From: Chrysomallon squamiferum
Taxonomy: Eukaryota; Animalia; Mollusca
NCBI GenBank assembly: GCA_012295275.1
Contig: CM022677.1
Coordinates: 15,438,001-15,502,000, forward strand
Direction: 5' to 3'
Length of the DNA: 64,000 nucleotides
Every line of letters starts with the position of its first letter. Position 1 is the first letter of the stretch. Both the position numbers and the translations under genes were made by a program. The notes under the pieces were generated by a model. That model saw nothing but the letters and a program-made list of their open reading frames with translations, was not told the DNA's origin and did no database searches. Of the stretch, positions 43,317 to 57,724 are shown piece after piece.

Positions 43317-44544
43317 TCTAACATATTTCTCTTTCTGCAGATACATATATTAATAACTAATGTTTTATTCTGATATTTTTTTTTGTGGAAATATACTAAA
43401 TTCTAAGAATCACCAAATTACAGTAAAAACAAAGGCAAAACTAATGTTTAAACTTTCAAATCGAAACAAAATAAAGTAGAATGTATTCTGGCAAGTTCAA
43501 AACAAAACAAAAATATTGATTACCTCTAGTATAAATATAAGACAAAGAGAAATAAAACAATGCTAATGGGAGAATGGAAATATGGAAGAATACTAAATGA
43601 TCAAGCTATTTGCATACTACAATTACTTTACTTATTGTTATAGACTCTCATTGCTCTAATCTGCTTTTCTTATTATCAGCATTGAGAATCCATTACCAAT
43701 ACAAAAAGTGAAAAGAAATGAAGCTAATATTGAAACAGGTAAGTTAGTGTGTGTTTTTCCTACCATTTTTTTTTAGAAATTTCTCCATCTTTTCTGCTGT
43801 CTGTGTGTGTCCCATTCTGTTGTTTAGGTGGCAACACTTGTCTGTTTTGTGGTATATGTCTGAAAAAGTAAAAACAAAGATAATTTAATTTTTTATTGTT
43901 TTTATTAGTAACATTATTTACTGCTATATCAGTATCAATGCCATTTACTGATACAAATGAATGATTGTTGAATAATCAATATCTTTTAAACATACTTCAT
44001 TATAACCTGATTATTGATAAACATAAGTTCTGGTAAAATACAACAAATCTGAAATAAAGAAGAAATATTTTATTTAAGAACACACACCACACGTTTTTTT
44101 TTTACTAGTTCTTTGTATCTTTCTTTGTATCTTAAAAGATAAATAATGATACAGCTAATGAAGAGACACCTTTTTTAAAAAAGCAACTAAAAATATATTT
44201 CTAATATATACATCTTTCCACAGAATAAAACAACAGTTTTAATTTTTCTGAACTCAGAAAAAACAATGTATTTCTATCCGTATCTAGATTCTATTGAGCT
44301 TTAGATATTAAAATAGCACCATTACACTTAATCTCTCAATTAATTTTAACTTTTCTTCTTTGTATGTTACTCAAATCATGATGCTTATTTACAGCTAGTT
44401 TAGCATATTTTCATTTTAAAGCATTTTATATATTATAATATTTCTCTTATTTAGTGCTAAATGTTTTATATTTTGAGTTATTCCACCAAACAGGTTCAGT
44501 TTGTAACAAAGGACACTCAGAAGCATTATTAACTACTTCAACAA

Positions 44545-45095
44545 GAGCTTTACAAAAAAGCTCATCTTTCAACAATTCATTATTAAAGATCCGAATACCC
44601 TGACCTCTACACGAGAAAAATATATTTTAAGTGATAAAAAATAGTGATCACTAACTGAGGTATAGGATATGTATACATTACTTATAAACTGTAATACATT
44701 TCTAGAGATCAAAAATAAATCAATTCTTGACTGTTTTATAGTTTTTTTCAACATTTTGAGATCTAGTAAATTTTCTTTTATCTGGATTTCTGGATCGCCA
44801 AATTTCAACTAAATTATAATTATAAATATCTGACTGTAATTCATTACTACTTTTCATACTGAAAGTTTTATTATTTATAAATCTATTTTGGGATCTAAAA
44901 TTTCATTAAAATCTCCTGCCATTACTGTATTTTTAAAATACACAAATTTACATAATCCTTTAAAAAATAAAATTCTTTCTTCAATATTATTTGGCACATA
45001 TACACTTATAAAACTATAGTCATCGTCATCTATTTTTTTATTTTTAACTTTTAAAATCCTGCCTTCAGTGTCACAACTTTTAAAGGTCAACTTGT
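44545..45095 (-). mobile_element. L1/Tx1-clade LINE apurinic-like endonuclease fragment
   Basis: DTEGRILKV..SFISVYVPNNIEERILFF..VMAGDFNEILDPKIDL and QSRIDLFLISRN..YTSVSDHYFLSLKI carry the GR, Y.PN, GDFN, SRID and SDH motifs. It is frameshifted and intronic to gene X. Confidence 0.9.
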
Positions 45096-46490
45096 AAGGA
45101 TTGTGAAATATAAAATTACCCCCACAAAAAACCCCACTCCTTATCTTAGATATTAAGATTCATAAATTTACTTTATGCTAAGAAATATATAAGAACACAA
45201 ACTCAACTTCACCTGCTCAGATTTTCTTTCTCTCTGCGATGGCAGCAAACTTGAGTTAACCAGAAAAATAATTGTGTCCTCAGTATCTGATGGAAGTTCA
45301 CTGGATGTGTTAAAAGTTGTAATTACTCTGAACATTTTAAAATTGTTTGTTCAATATGCTGCATGTAAAGACTGAGGTCTCATTACATTATATGATAAAT
45401 TATACAAAACATGCACCCCAAATATCATTCTCCTTCTCCCTCTCTCCTGTATCTCCATTCCTTCGGCCTCTCTCATTCTCTCATACATTCATACCAGTAT
45501 TTGTTTATCTATAATTATTCTTGTTCTTTTCAGCTATCTGTTAATAATGAAAGTAGAACTATGAATGTTTTTAAATCCTTTCTTTATTGGTAGCATTCTG
45601 AAATACTGACATTATATATGGATCTTTTAAAGTCTGAAACCATCCATTTTAAATAACAAAATTATATTTAGATAGGTAAAAACATCATTCACTATATACA
45701 TTAAAACTGAATATTTTTGCCATGTTTACCATTTATTTTCCAAAGTATAAAATGAAGAAAATAAACTTTAACAGAGCCAAACAAACTTATTTTAATAAAA
45801 GAAGATTTAATATGTTTATTAATTAACAAAATAATAATAATAAAAAAAATAATAATAAAGAAATAAGTATAAGTATATGCATGAGTATAAATTATAAATA
45901 TAAATATAAATAAAGAAATAAAACAACAGAATACCTGATGGCCGGGACAGAACATTCTACTGAAACAATTTCACTAGCCAACATTAGCACATCAATTAGA
46001 GCTGTATGTAAATAAACAGTTATAACAAACAGCTAAAACTTCTTTATTATTAAGATTTAAATTGTATTGGTATCAGTTACTGGACTGTTCACACAAGATG
46101 GGCTGTGGGATATTTTCAATGTACATTGTTATTAATAAATAATTTTTCTGAGCAATGCCTAATCATTACACTGATAATAATAAAGTAATTAACAAAACAA
46201 CAGTAAATAAGTGATTATTATTACGATATTATATAATCAATAAATTATAAAGAGTGACTACAAAACTTATTTTACTCTCTAAGTCACAATAATAAAATAA
46301 AACACTCACAACTCAGAATGGTGCAGTCTGCATAAGAATGGTTTCTGTAACAGGTGATTCACCCTTCTCCATGATGTAAATTCCCTTTTTTGACAGACCT
46401 GAATAATAATCATTGTCAGGTAAATGTATTTTTCTCTGCTTATTATCATTTGTAAATGTTATAATACATTTATTTACATATGAAATTGCC

Positions 46491-46533
<43 letters not shown>

Positions 46534-46611
46534 ACAATACGATTATAGTTTATACGGTGAATACCTCTGTTTCTTTTACACATACAGTGATACACATTAT
46601 ATCATGTTTAC

Positions 46612-46885
46612 CTCGTTCCATGGCTGAAAAGGTGCGCTTATCTCCGTATCCGATTCACGCTTGGATTCGCACAAACGTTAAACATCGGAATCCATTTGTA
46701 TTTTCGTGAAATATTTCCAAAATACTATTAAATTGAATAATCAACATGTAAAACGTTACCGAATTAAAAATAAAAATAATATGGCTGTCAAACATCAGTT
46801 CATACTGGTTTGAAAAGCGTAGCATACATTCGAATCTGTATATGTTCGAAACATGGTTTATCGAGACTGGTTTTGCGATAATAAT
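46612..46885 (-). promoter_or_regulatory. CpG-rich first exon and promoter of gene X
   Basis: Local CpG enrichment against a CpG-depleted gene body, a Kozak-like gccATGG, and a donor gtaaac. Confidence 0.5.
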
Positions 46886-47257
46886 TTTTTAAAAAGGAAG
46901 AAAAAGAAAAAAGAAATGTTATAAATAAATAAATAAATAAATAAATTATAAAAGAAATTAATACAAAAAAATAAAATAAAGTTAAATTTAAAAAGAAGAA
47001 AGCAAAACAAAGAAAAAAAAAAAAAAAAAACGGCATAAAAAGCAGTCATATCAATTCTTAAAAACAAACAAAACCCCAAACCCGAAATCACCACCATTTT
47101 ATTTATTCATTTATTTTAATTAAAAATTAAGTTTAAATGAAACAGATATATGATTGCATTTTATTTTATTTATTCATTTATTTTAATTATTATTAACAGA
47201 GGACTATTTTTCTATTCAGGTAACATGCCTTTTTACGATACTGGGTCAGCGAGGCTC

Positions 47258-47457
47258 NNNNNNNNNNNNNNNNNNNNNNNNNNNNNNNNNNNNNNNNNNN
47301 NNNNNNNNNNNNNNNNNNNNNNNNNNNNNNNNNNNNNNNNNNNNNNNNNNNNNNNNNNNNNNNNNNNNNNNNNNNNNNNNNNNNNNNNNNNNNNNNNNNN
47401 NNNNNNNNNNNNNNNNNNNNNNNNNNNNNNNNNNNNNNNNNNNNNNNNNNNNNNNNN
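47258..47457. other. Assembly gap (200 N)
   Basis: Exactly 200 Ns; the round number suggests a scaffolding placeholder of unknown true size. Confidence 0.99.
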
Positions 47458-47509
47458 TGCATTTTGTTTATATATTTATACAACTGTTTTTTCTATGTTC
47501 AGTGTTTCA

Positions 47510-50500
47510 GAAACTGTGACTGCTTGTTGTTGAAAGTGGAAATCCTTCTTCAGCTTTTTGATCTGCTGTTGGTGATGTGATGTCACATTCATTTTCACTG
47601 GATTCAGAGGTCAGTGGTTTTTGTTTTTTTATTTTTATTTAGTTTATAAGAATGAGAGTCCTTAAGTATCATAGATATATGTTTTATTTTAATTATAAAT
47701 GTTGTTTAGCTTCAAACAATGATCAGATTTAAAAAAAAATTCTGATTTTTTCTTTTCATAAATGCCAATTTTATTTTATCAAGAAGGAACCTGTGAGGGT
47801 TATCTGAAAAAAAAAGCAGAAATCACTTTCCTCTGGTGTGTGGCAAAAGTTTTATTTTATAAGGAATTTAATGTACGTATGCAGTAATTAAGTAGTCTTC
47901 AACAGTCAAGGAATGAGGAAAATAATGAAAACTAAGAAGATAAAATCATGAAATAACCTTTATTATTAGACAGAGTCCTTCATTAAATGGATTACTTATT
48001 TATTTATGATTGTAGTTTATTGTTTTTCTTGTTACTGCCATCATTATTATTATAAATTATTTATCTGTTTTTAATCATCATCATCATTATTGTTATTTTT
48101 ATTTTGTTATTATTATAAATATTTCTTCTGTGATGATGGCTAAATGTGATTGTTTTTTAAATTTCAGTATATCACATATTTTTGTTATTTCACACAGTTC
48201 TCTGGTGTGAGACACTATACGTCTACCTGACTCTGAAGATTTCTGGTGAAACATCAGCTGACTACAATCCGAACAAACTGGAGGAAGGATCCCAGCTCTG
48301 TTATAAAATCTTCATTTACATCAGGTACTTTGTTACACATGTTGTATTTGATTTAGATTCTTGAGAAAAATAGTTTTAATGCTATTCTACTGACAAAGAT
48401 AACAGTAACAGTAAAATGATAGCAGCAATTCATCTGGTGACACAACATTTATGAATGTTGTATTTTGTAAAAACAGATTTTTAAATAGTTTTAAAATAAA
48501 ATATTATAGATGGCTATTTATTTTTATTATTTTTTTGTTATTCTTATTACCTCATTTAAAATGGTATACATATCCAACCAAAGACTTAGTTTTTAATTGT
48601 GTTTGTGACAGTAACTTGGTTTTCAAAAGAAAAGTGAATGTTCTAAATTATAATATATTAGGTTTTATAGTCAGTTGTTAATTGTGGGACATCTCTATAA
48701 AGTTTTAGTAAAACAAAATATTTTGTTCATGTTTGGAAATGAAAGTGAGTCGTTTTTGTTCTTAATTTTTGAGGAAGTAAACAATTTTATAATTAACCTT
48801 TTGCACTTCCCTTTAATGTAAAACTATTAATTAATGTAGGATAAAAAGTTGCAGTATTTAACACACTTATTTAAGTTTGAAACTGCTTGTACATAATAAA
48901 AATAATGTGTTAATCATGGTAAAGGGATTTATCTCTAAACATTTTCACACTTTTAGAAAAGAGAAAAAGGTCACACAAGTGCTAATGGTAGAAGATGAGG
49001 GAGAATTTTCCAGACTTGTACTCTGACATGCAGAGCTGGTGTGTTGTGTGTGCAGTCTACAGGTGACCAGTTCATCTGAGTTTTGTTTCTTTATTTTATT
49101 AATTCACAAACTTAAACTTTATTTTACACTGACAGTTCTTTTTATCAGCACATCTTTTGATTATTTATAATAATAATAATTTTTAAAATAATAAGAAATT
49201 AAATAGTACAATAGTAAGTTAATTTTTAAAAAACATCAAATGTTACTAGCCAGCATGATATGAGTCAGATACCACACTGTGTAGTTTCAGTAATGAAATT
49301 AAGATAAAGGGCAGTAAACTAGATTGTATGACAGCCTTCCTCTTATTCCTCAATACCAGCACATGATGTAAAGAAGTCAAAAGAGTGCACACATTTTCCA
49401 AACTAACTTTCAGCTGCAAACACAGATTTTGTGAAAGCTTGGAATTATGCATAATGAGAAAATATTTTAAATGATTATAATGCTGAAAATGTTGAAGCAT
49501 TAATATGAGATTATTTTATGTATATGGAATTGTTTTAATATGTGATAAAAAAAACAGAAAAATACAGCTGAAGACTTTTTACATAGCGGTGATATCTTTT
49601 GTTCTCAACCAACATCTCATTTTATAATTTTATGTTTTTAATGTTGTTTAATGAATATTCAGTTATTACTGTTATCAGGTATTTCTAGTTTAATTCATTC
49701 AGTCAAAAATTTATATTTTGGGAATTTATTCTTTTGAAAATAAACTGATGTAGAAAAACAAACTAGACACTGTCTTCAAACATCAGGACATTCTTTAATG
49801 AACCTTTTAATATGGAATAGTTATTGGTATGGAAAATGTTTAAACAATCATCATTGAGTTTAAAAGTTAGAATTTCAATCACTAATATCTTAGGAACTAC
49901 ATTTTAATTTTTAAATAATTTTCACTGCTAACACAAAGCTCATCTAGAAAAGTTAAAAACATAAAATGTAAACGTTATGAAAGGAACCCATTTTGTGCTG
50001 GATGGTCACAAATATTTGTTTACTACATCAGATTCTAAAAATAAATATTTTCTGTTGCACTTTTGTTTTCATTCTGTGAGGTGTGTGTATGTGGGTGTGT
50101 GTGTGTGTTTAGAAGAATTTAAATTTGAAATTTATTTTACTGTTAATATTTACAGGTGTCACTGTTGGTGTGGCTGCTCAGACTAGTTTTTGTACAACTT
50201 TGACACATGAGATCTCACAAGAGAAACTTTGTTCTGGCTGACTGGTAGAGTGTTGATGGAAGGACTCATCAACAGGTTGCAGATAACAGAATCCAGCAGA
50301 CTGTTAGTATTTCACACACACACATTGTTCATGCAGTCTGGTGATACATGAAATAATCACTGTTTTCTACTAAAGTTAGTCTACATTTGTTTTTAATCTT
50401 TTATATTATCACTTGGAAATATATTTTGCCTCTATTTTTATTCAGTGACCATGTGACCACATTTTGCAGGAGGCTTATGGAACATCATTTATTTCCCTTA

Positions 50501-51460
50501 AATAAAATGTATTAATAATTCACTGGGAGGAAAAGTATTTTATTGGTGTTCTCAAGTGTCTGAATAATTGAATCACAAACAAAAATAATCTTCTAATTGT
50601 TCCAGTCACATCAATTTTAGACATTTCCTTTTTACACTGTTCAGTTAATTGATAGAGGTTTGTGGTTGTGACCAAGTACTGCATTTGAAAACTGGTTACC
50701 ACCAGCTGGTCAAATGCAAGATCATGAATAGCTACATAAATTCATTTTTTTTATAAATAACAGTACATGATACCTCTACAATAAAGATTACAATTTACAA
50801 ACCTAAGGAACCTAGGATCTGAGACTTGAGGTTCCACTGACTTGAAATAGTAGACTTGACATGGTAGACAACAAGTAATTATACACTTTGATTCAGGTGG
50901 TAGAAATATCATCCTGAATGAAAAATTCCAGTGAAAGTCTGTCTGTCGTGTATCATTGATGTAACTGTGGAAGTCAGATTTCTACATATTTCATAATAAG
51001 TGATTTAAAAAAAAAAGTCTACCCATTTCAATGAACAATAGCTGCTTCAGCTAAGTCAGATTTCTACATATTTCTTAATCAGTGATTTAAAAAAAAAAAC
51101 GTCTACCCATTTCAATGAACAATAGCTACTTCAGCTAAGTCAGATTTCTACATATTTCTTAATCTGTGATTTAAAAAAAAAAGTCTACCCATTTCAATGA
51201 ACAATAGCTACTTAATATTTTCAACTAAATTCATGCAAAATATAGATAAGTAAGTTTTGAAGCAGTAAATTAATTAGCCCTGGCAGCAAATATATGTACA
51301 GAGTGTGTTACTTTATTGTAATACAAATTATTAGTATTAATATTAAAACAGTAGATATTTTCACTATTATTATTCATGCTGCATAATTATTACCGTTGTT
51401 GTTGTTGTTGTTCTTTTTCTTCTTCTTCTTCTTCTTCTTATGATTATGATTATGATGATG

Positions 51461-51499
<39 letters not shown>

Positions 51500-51790
51500 T
51501 ATAGGATGGTTTGATGGAGTTCATTGCACAGACATGTGAAAGCAGAAATGAAAATCCGTGGCCAAGTTTGATGAAGATTTGAGTTTTTGCTATCAAAGTT
51601 TTGATAGTTGATGCCAGACTGATTCAGAAATCATGAAACAGATGCTGGATTCAGTTTTGCCTCTTTTTTCAGTCAGGCACAGCAGTGAGAAAAATGTTTG
51701 ACCAGACACAGCACCAAGTACAGTCAAGTCTGCAGCAGTCTTAAACAAGAACAAATATTTCAAATGATACTAATGAGTGAGAAAAATAAA
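47510..51790 (+). pseudogene. Gene X copy 2 (3' exons only: ~47511-47609, 48197-48324, 50156-~50302, 51504-~51790)
   Basis: Reverse-complement copies of the copy-1 exons with the same splice sites and shared stops. Confidence 0.65.
50971..51212. repeat. ~82-bp tandem triplication specific to the right arm
   Basis: aagtcagatttctacatatttc...gtctacccatttcaatgaacaatagct occurs three times here; the left arm has a single copy at ~37270-37380. Confidence 0.9.
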
Positions 51791-52735
51791 AACATTCAGA
51801 CAATACATGATAGGGAAAACGATAATTATTTCAAAGTGTATTTCAAACAGTGGTGAAAAATATGAGATTAATTGCTATGATACAAATTTGAAAAGAAGAT
51901 GAATATGATTGACCTTAAAAATCATTTGTTTGGTTAAAAAAAGGAAACAAAAAAAAGTGTTCATTTCAAGGAAGACTTTTTATTTGTTTTATATTATTAT
52001 TTCTTAAATATATTTCTTGTTTCATGTTTTTAAGTGTTTTTTTTTTTTTTTTTCTGAAAGAATAATTTGCTTAATCATGTAATCCAAATATAGAATAGCA
52101 AGACTTACGGTAAATATTTACCCAATACAAATATGTTAATAAAATACAAAATGGAAGGAAATGTGTAAACCTACATGTTGTATATTTTATTATTATAGTT
52201 TTACCAGATAAATCAGAAATCTTATAATTTTTAGAAGTTTTTCTAAAATTATATTTTTCATATGAAAAAGTATTTTTGTTGAACTAAATATTATAAATGA
52301 TTTTGTTTCCAGTTATAACATTTTAGCTAGCATTATCATAATGGAGAAGGAAATTTCTATTGATGAGGATAATTCTTATTTATATTGTTTTGATATATTA
52401 ACCCAAATAATAATTCTTATTTATATTGTTTTGATATATTAACCCAAATAACGTACTTAATAATCAAAATTTCTTCTGTTATTATATTAAGTAAATGTAT
52501 TTAAATTGATAAATTCATAAGTATATTATAAGATGATTATTGTAAACAACTGTGATTTCTTCAAGTGAGGATAATGTAAATACCACTTGATCGCTGGCTG
52601 TAGATCATTTCAATAAAAATATCGAGTCCTTATTTCGCATTCACAGTTTACAAAAGGCACTTTAATTACACATTCATATTTACAAAATAAATTTAAATAG
52701 GATAATTTTACATTTTTACACAAATACACTTGGAT

Positions 52736-52776
<41 letters not shown>

Positions 52777-55657
52777 TCATATATATAATCACTTGCATAA
52801 AATTTTAAAACATATTTCATGTTCTGAAGAGTTTACAAAATGAACCGTTAATTAAAAGGTAAGTTTGTGGCAACATAGTTGCAAATAAAACGTTTAAGAC
52901 AAATATATTCAGATATAATTAAATATATTTTCAAATAATTAAGTATATTTTAATATGTTTAAATGATTTTGATATGATTAAATATAAAAATTCCATCTGA
53001 ATCAAAAACATCTTTAAAATACTCATCTATTTATTTTGGGACATTTTCCTCCTATATTTTTCGGTGATAATATTAAAACGAACCCTTGCTTTTAGAATTA
53101 ATACTTGGTCTTTATTTAGAAACCTGATATTGTAACAAAAAAACACAAAAAACAACAAAAAAAAAAACACGAGAATTAGATTAAGCTCTAATATGATCAT
53201 TAACAAATAAAAGAATATCTCTCAGTATTTATTGATGTTAAGCAACACCTGTAAATATCACTGAGTGTATGTAACTGAAATGATCTCTGCTTTTCTGATT
53301 TACAAACAAACAAAAGAAAAAAGAAGTAAGAAAGAAAAACGATTTCAGCTAACATCACGGCCGTTCGTTCATACGACAAAACTGAGATTGAGATAAATTG
53401 TTTAACGTTTGTTATGAATGTACCAGTCCTCTGATCAAAACGAATTTCAGGGATCAGAAAAAGGCAATATTTTATTATAAACGACATTAACGTTATATTT
53501 TGATAGTATATCATGTTTTGAATAACTTTGTAAAGTTAACGTAAGATAGAAGCTTAATATATCCGCTCCACATCTAAATATGAATATCTTCTTTATTAAT
53601 ATTAAAATTATGCTGATGTTTGTAAATTTTATTTTTTATGTACAATTAGTGTATAGTTATCAAAGAAAAAAAAAAAGATTTTTTCGGTAATGTTATTAGG
53701 AATACAACTCAGTATACTGATAGTAAAAGTTAAGTTATAAACATTGAAAAACACATCTGTTTTTTTTTTTTCCAAAACAAAATCAATGTCCTTCTTATCA
53801 TATGCTGAGTTATTTTATTATTAACAATAATAAGAACATATAGAAACGCGTGAAGTTCTAGATGAATGCTGTATTTACTATTGTATTGATATTACTGAAA
53901 ATTAACTGTGCACCTTTCAGTGTCAGAATGTGATACTTTGTTTTATAACCTGACATTCCGCGACACAATTTACATCTCTCCCTACCTGAAATTACATGAT
54001 TAATCTAAAATTCAGCTACTATTTATCTAATTATGTAATTAAGAATTTATCTTTTTTTTTTTGAGAAAAGTAAGTTAACCTAGAATGAAATTCCAGATTA
54101 TTTGTTCAATAAAATATAATCGATAATCTGTAATTAATATAATTTTAATATCCCATCTAGAAAGGATTGTGATGCTATTTCACTGACAAACTGATTATTA
54201 CTGGGGAGCGGATATATAGAAGTTATGAGTCCAGGGAATTAACTCTCAGACTTTTAAATTTAACCTGTAGAGTGTTAACACAATCTGACATTTACATTTC
54301 TCAACACACTTAACTGTAAATATCACCACTCAACCAGCAATTAATTCTCACCTTTTTCTTTTTGCAGGTAATTAAGCAGTATATTTTCATAACGCCATAG
54401 AATTATAACTTACAGCTGCCAATTTTACACCTTTCTGTTATACGATTTAGAATCTTCAAAGTAAAATATCACGTTACTTTTACTAAAACGGACATTTCGT
54501 AGCGGTATCTCAAGTTAGGTACACAAAATTCTAATATTGTTAATTAAAAAAGAACATACGCTGTATTTTCCAAACCAGTGTGTTAATATTACCGCTACAC
54601 CTCTGTTGAGAAACTGACGTCTAATACAGCTGCGCGTTAAAACTGCAAGTGCTGTTTGCATAACGCCGTGTAAAGTTAATCCTAGTTTCTCAGTGAAACA
54701 TGTTCTGGTGTTTATAAAATGTCACACTAGATGTGCCCTGTTTATTTCTCAATATATTTTTGACATCACATGTAAAGCTACTGTTATTAATAAAAACATT
54801 ATAACACTGAAGTTCCATCTATATTTCTGAAGGTTCACAGTGAAATCATACCTTTAATTTTCAGTATAATTTAATGTGATCTCATTCAAGAAGGATAGTT
54901 GAGAAATTCAGAAATAAAGAGGCCTTCCAGATTCCAATTCTCTGTTACTAACAAAATCAGGATTATTTTTTAGCTGTACCTCAGATTGTATTGATAATTA
55001 AATATTGATTTTCTTTTTCTAGACAGGTGTATATTAAAAAGCTGAGATTATATTTTCAAATATTAGTAAATAGTTAATTATATATGGAGTGATATTCATC
55101 TTTTTAATTTCAAGCTGAGACGTAAAGTATATATATATAAAATTAAGCAGCGAAAATAATCAATGTAAATAGTGTATTGTCTTAACAAAAACGCTACTTT
55201 ATTTTTGCTGAGTACAAATTATTCTGCATTAATGTAGTAAACACAACATAAATTCCGATGGGGAATATCACATCAATATCACATGTTATCATATTTTCAC
55301 TATAACCTCGAAAGTTGCCAATAAAATATCGTTCTTAGTCTGGTAAAATTATCAGTGTAAGAAGCGGTATCCTTAAGTAAAACCTTATTTTTACTTGCTT
55401 GTAATTATGTGATGTTACATGATTTATTAGTGTAAACAGCGGTATCCTTAATTAATAATAACTCTTTATTTTTACTTGTTTATAATTATTGGATTTATAG
55501 TGTAAACTGCACTCGTATTATAAAATAAACGTGATAGCATTGTTTACATAACGGAATATCATTTAAGTTTGCTTCTATTATTTATGAATAATAATAATAA
55601 TAATAAGAAGAAGAAGAAGAATAACAACAACAACAACAACACTAAAGTAACAACAAC

Positions 55658-55698
<41 letters not shown>

Positions 55699-57688
55699 AA
55701 ATTAAAATTAAAAAAATCTAAATAAATTGTATATTTCCTAATATACAGGTATTATCTTTAATCCATTTCTTACTTGAAATTATAATTTTAATCTATAGTG
55801 TAATATAATTTATGACGTTAATATTGCGACTTCTCGCGTTTTAGCAGAAGGTAAGAATATAGAGAAAGGCACAGATTAATAATATTTTCTAAAACTGTAC
55901 GAGACGTAAGATATTACAGCTAAATGTAATTCATCCTGATCTCTGTGTGTCCCTGTGTCTGATGAACATTAATCTCATCTTTCAGCATCTTCTTTTCAGT
56001 GATCCATTTCCCCATCCGCCCAATAATCAGGTGTACATCAAGACGCTAAGAACAATGCTGGAACGACGGCAATGACGGCCTCATTAATATAAATAGTAAT
56101 GATATTTTTTAACGTAGGATATGGACACTAATAAATAGCAAAAAAAATAAGGTGAAGTACACCGAGAATGTTGAGAACAACGCCGTTACGACGGTATATT
56201 TTAATAAAGGACGGGCACAGTCAGAAAATAAGAATAACAGCGAATAAAAAACTAAAAGGAATAATAAGGAGTGCACCAATAACGTTAGGAACAATGCCCG
56301 TAACATTGCAACGATGGACACATTAGTAGAAATCACAGTAATATATTTTAATAGGTGATGCGCCTGCTCAGAAAGTATGAGGAATGATTCATAAAAAGCG
56401 CTAAAGAATAATGAGAAGGACTCTACGAAAGCTAGAAAGAAGGCGTTTACGACGGCAACGATGGTGATATTAATATGAATGGTAATAATAGGCTTTGAAC
56501 ACGTATGAATAAGAATTAATAAAAAGAAAAAGAATAGTGAGAAGTACACCGAGAACGGTGAGGACAACGCTGTTACGACGGTAGCGACGGCTACATTAAT
56601 AGAAATATTAACAATATATTTTAATACTGGAGGAGACTGATTGCAATACTTAATAAAAGGCAAAATAATATTTTAAATTTTTTTCAGACGTATATCAAAG
56701 ATTGGAAAATTCGTGGACAATAATAAGCAACTTATTGTAGTGTGAGTTGTAAGCTTTTTGATTTTATTTGATGCATTAATATAAATAATAAGAAGAAAGA
56801 AAAAGTAGGGGAAAAAATAACAACACCGTCTATTTGAAGTTCATGTCAACGATTGGCTAATAATAAAATAATAAATAAATAAATAAATAAAAGACGAACC
56901 ACATCGATTTATAATTATATATATTTTAATAAATTTTGTTATGCTCCTTTATTTTATTTTATTTTATTTGTTTTGAACATTATTTTAATCTTTGTTTTAT
57001 TTATTTATTTATTTATTTTTTATTTTTAGTGTAGTAGTTTCGGAAAAAATTCGGGATGATTGTCGGTCTTCACAGATTTACTTTCTTATTTGATGTTCGA
57101 AGAATCTTGTACTTAATTGGGGTAATCGCTTTATCATGCAACAAAAAGTTGTTTTAAGTATTTAATTCTGTGAAGGAGACAGGTATTACTATTTATTATT
57201 ATAATTGTTAATGCATTTGGATTTTTTCATTTCATTTAAGCATAGACACATGATGGCAGCCATATTATTTGGGAACAATAATTATTTATTTATTTATTTA
57301 TTCATTTATTTATTTGTTTCTTTATTTATATTTTTCAAAACACGGCACTCGATTAATAATAACATTCACCAGAGGCTGTACTAATGTGAACAGCATAATT
57401 AACGTCATATAAGTAAGAAATCATGTTTTGTCTTTACTTTTGTTTTACTAATCAGCCTATCAGGGGCAAATTTTGAGTGGCCAGTAATTAAATTTGTTTT
57501 AAAACAAATTGACTTGTGTAGCCAAAGGAAACACCACACAACAACTCACAGAGAATTTTATATTTTTTTTATTATTATTATTATTTATTTTTTATATATT
57601 TTTTTATTTTTTGAAATAAAGTAATAAAACTATTAAAAGAAAATATGCTAATTTTGTTTGACAGGTTGTTTTCTGTCAGTTTATTTAT

Positions 57689-57724
<36 letters not shown>

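Larger units (their letters stand above)
36670..46621 (-). pseudogene. Unidentified multi-exon pseudogene 'gene X', copy 1
   Basis: gccATGGAACGAG|gtaaac at 46621-46612 is in phase with exon 46398-46310, giving MERGLSKKGIYIMEKGESPVTETILMQTAPF*V. Further exon-like blocks, most GT-AG bounded, occur near 46000-45935, 43860-43763, 43264-43181, 42522-42010, 41800-41315, 40798-40700, 40070-39943, 38190-38050 and 36958-36670. They contain many stops, mostly TGA/TAG/TAA one transition away from CGA/CAG/CAA. Confidence 0.65.
47458..56370. repeat. Inner inverted-duplication arm, right
   Basis: Mirror of 30630-40855; the homology begins at the gap edge. Confidence 0.97.

Noticed and set aside
47150-47533. 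ORFs spanning the N run
   Set aside because: Artefact of translating the assembly gap.
56109-56663. 184-aa hydrophobic ORF
   Set aside because: It translates a degenerate AT-rich subterminal repeat; the mirrored copy at 30.1-31.0 kb does not keep the frame.
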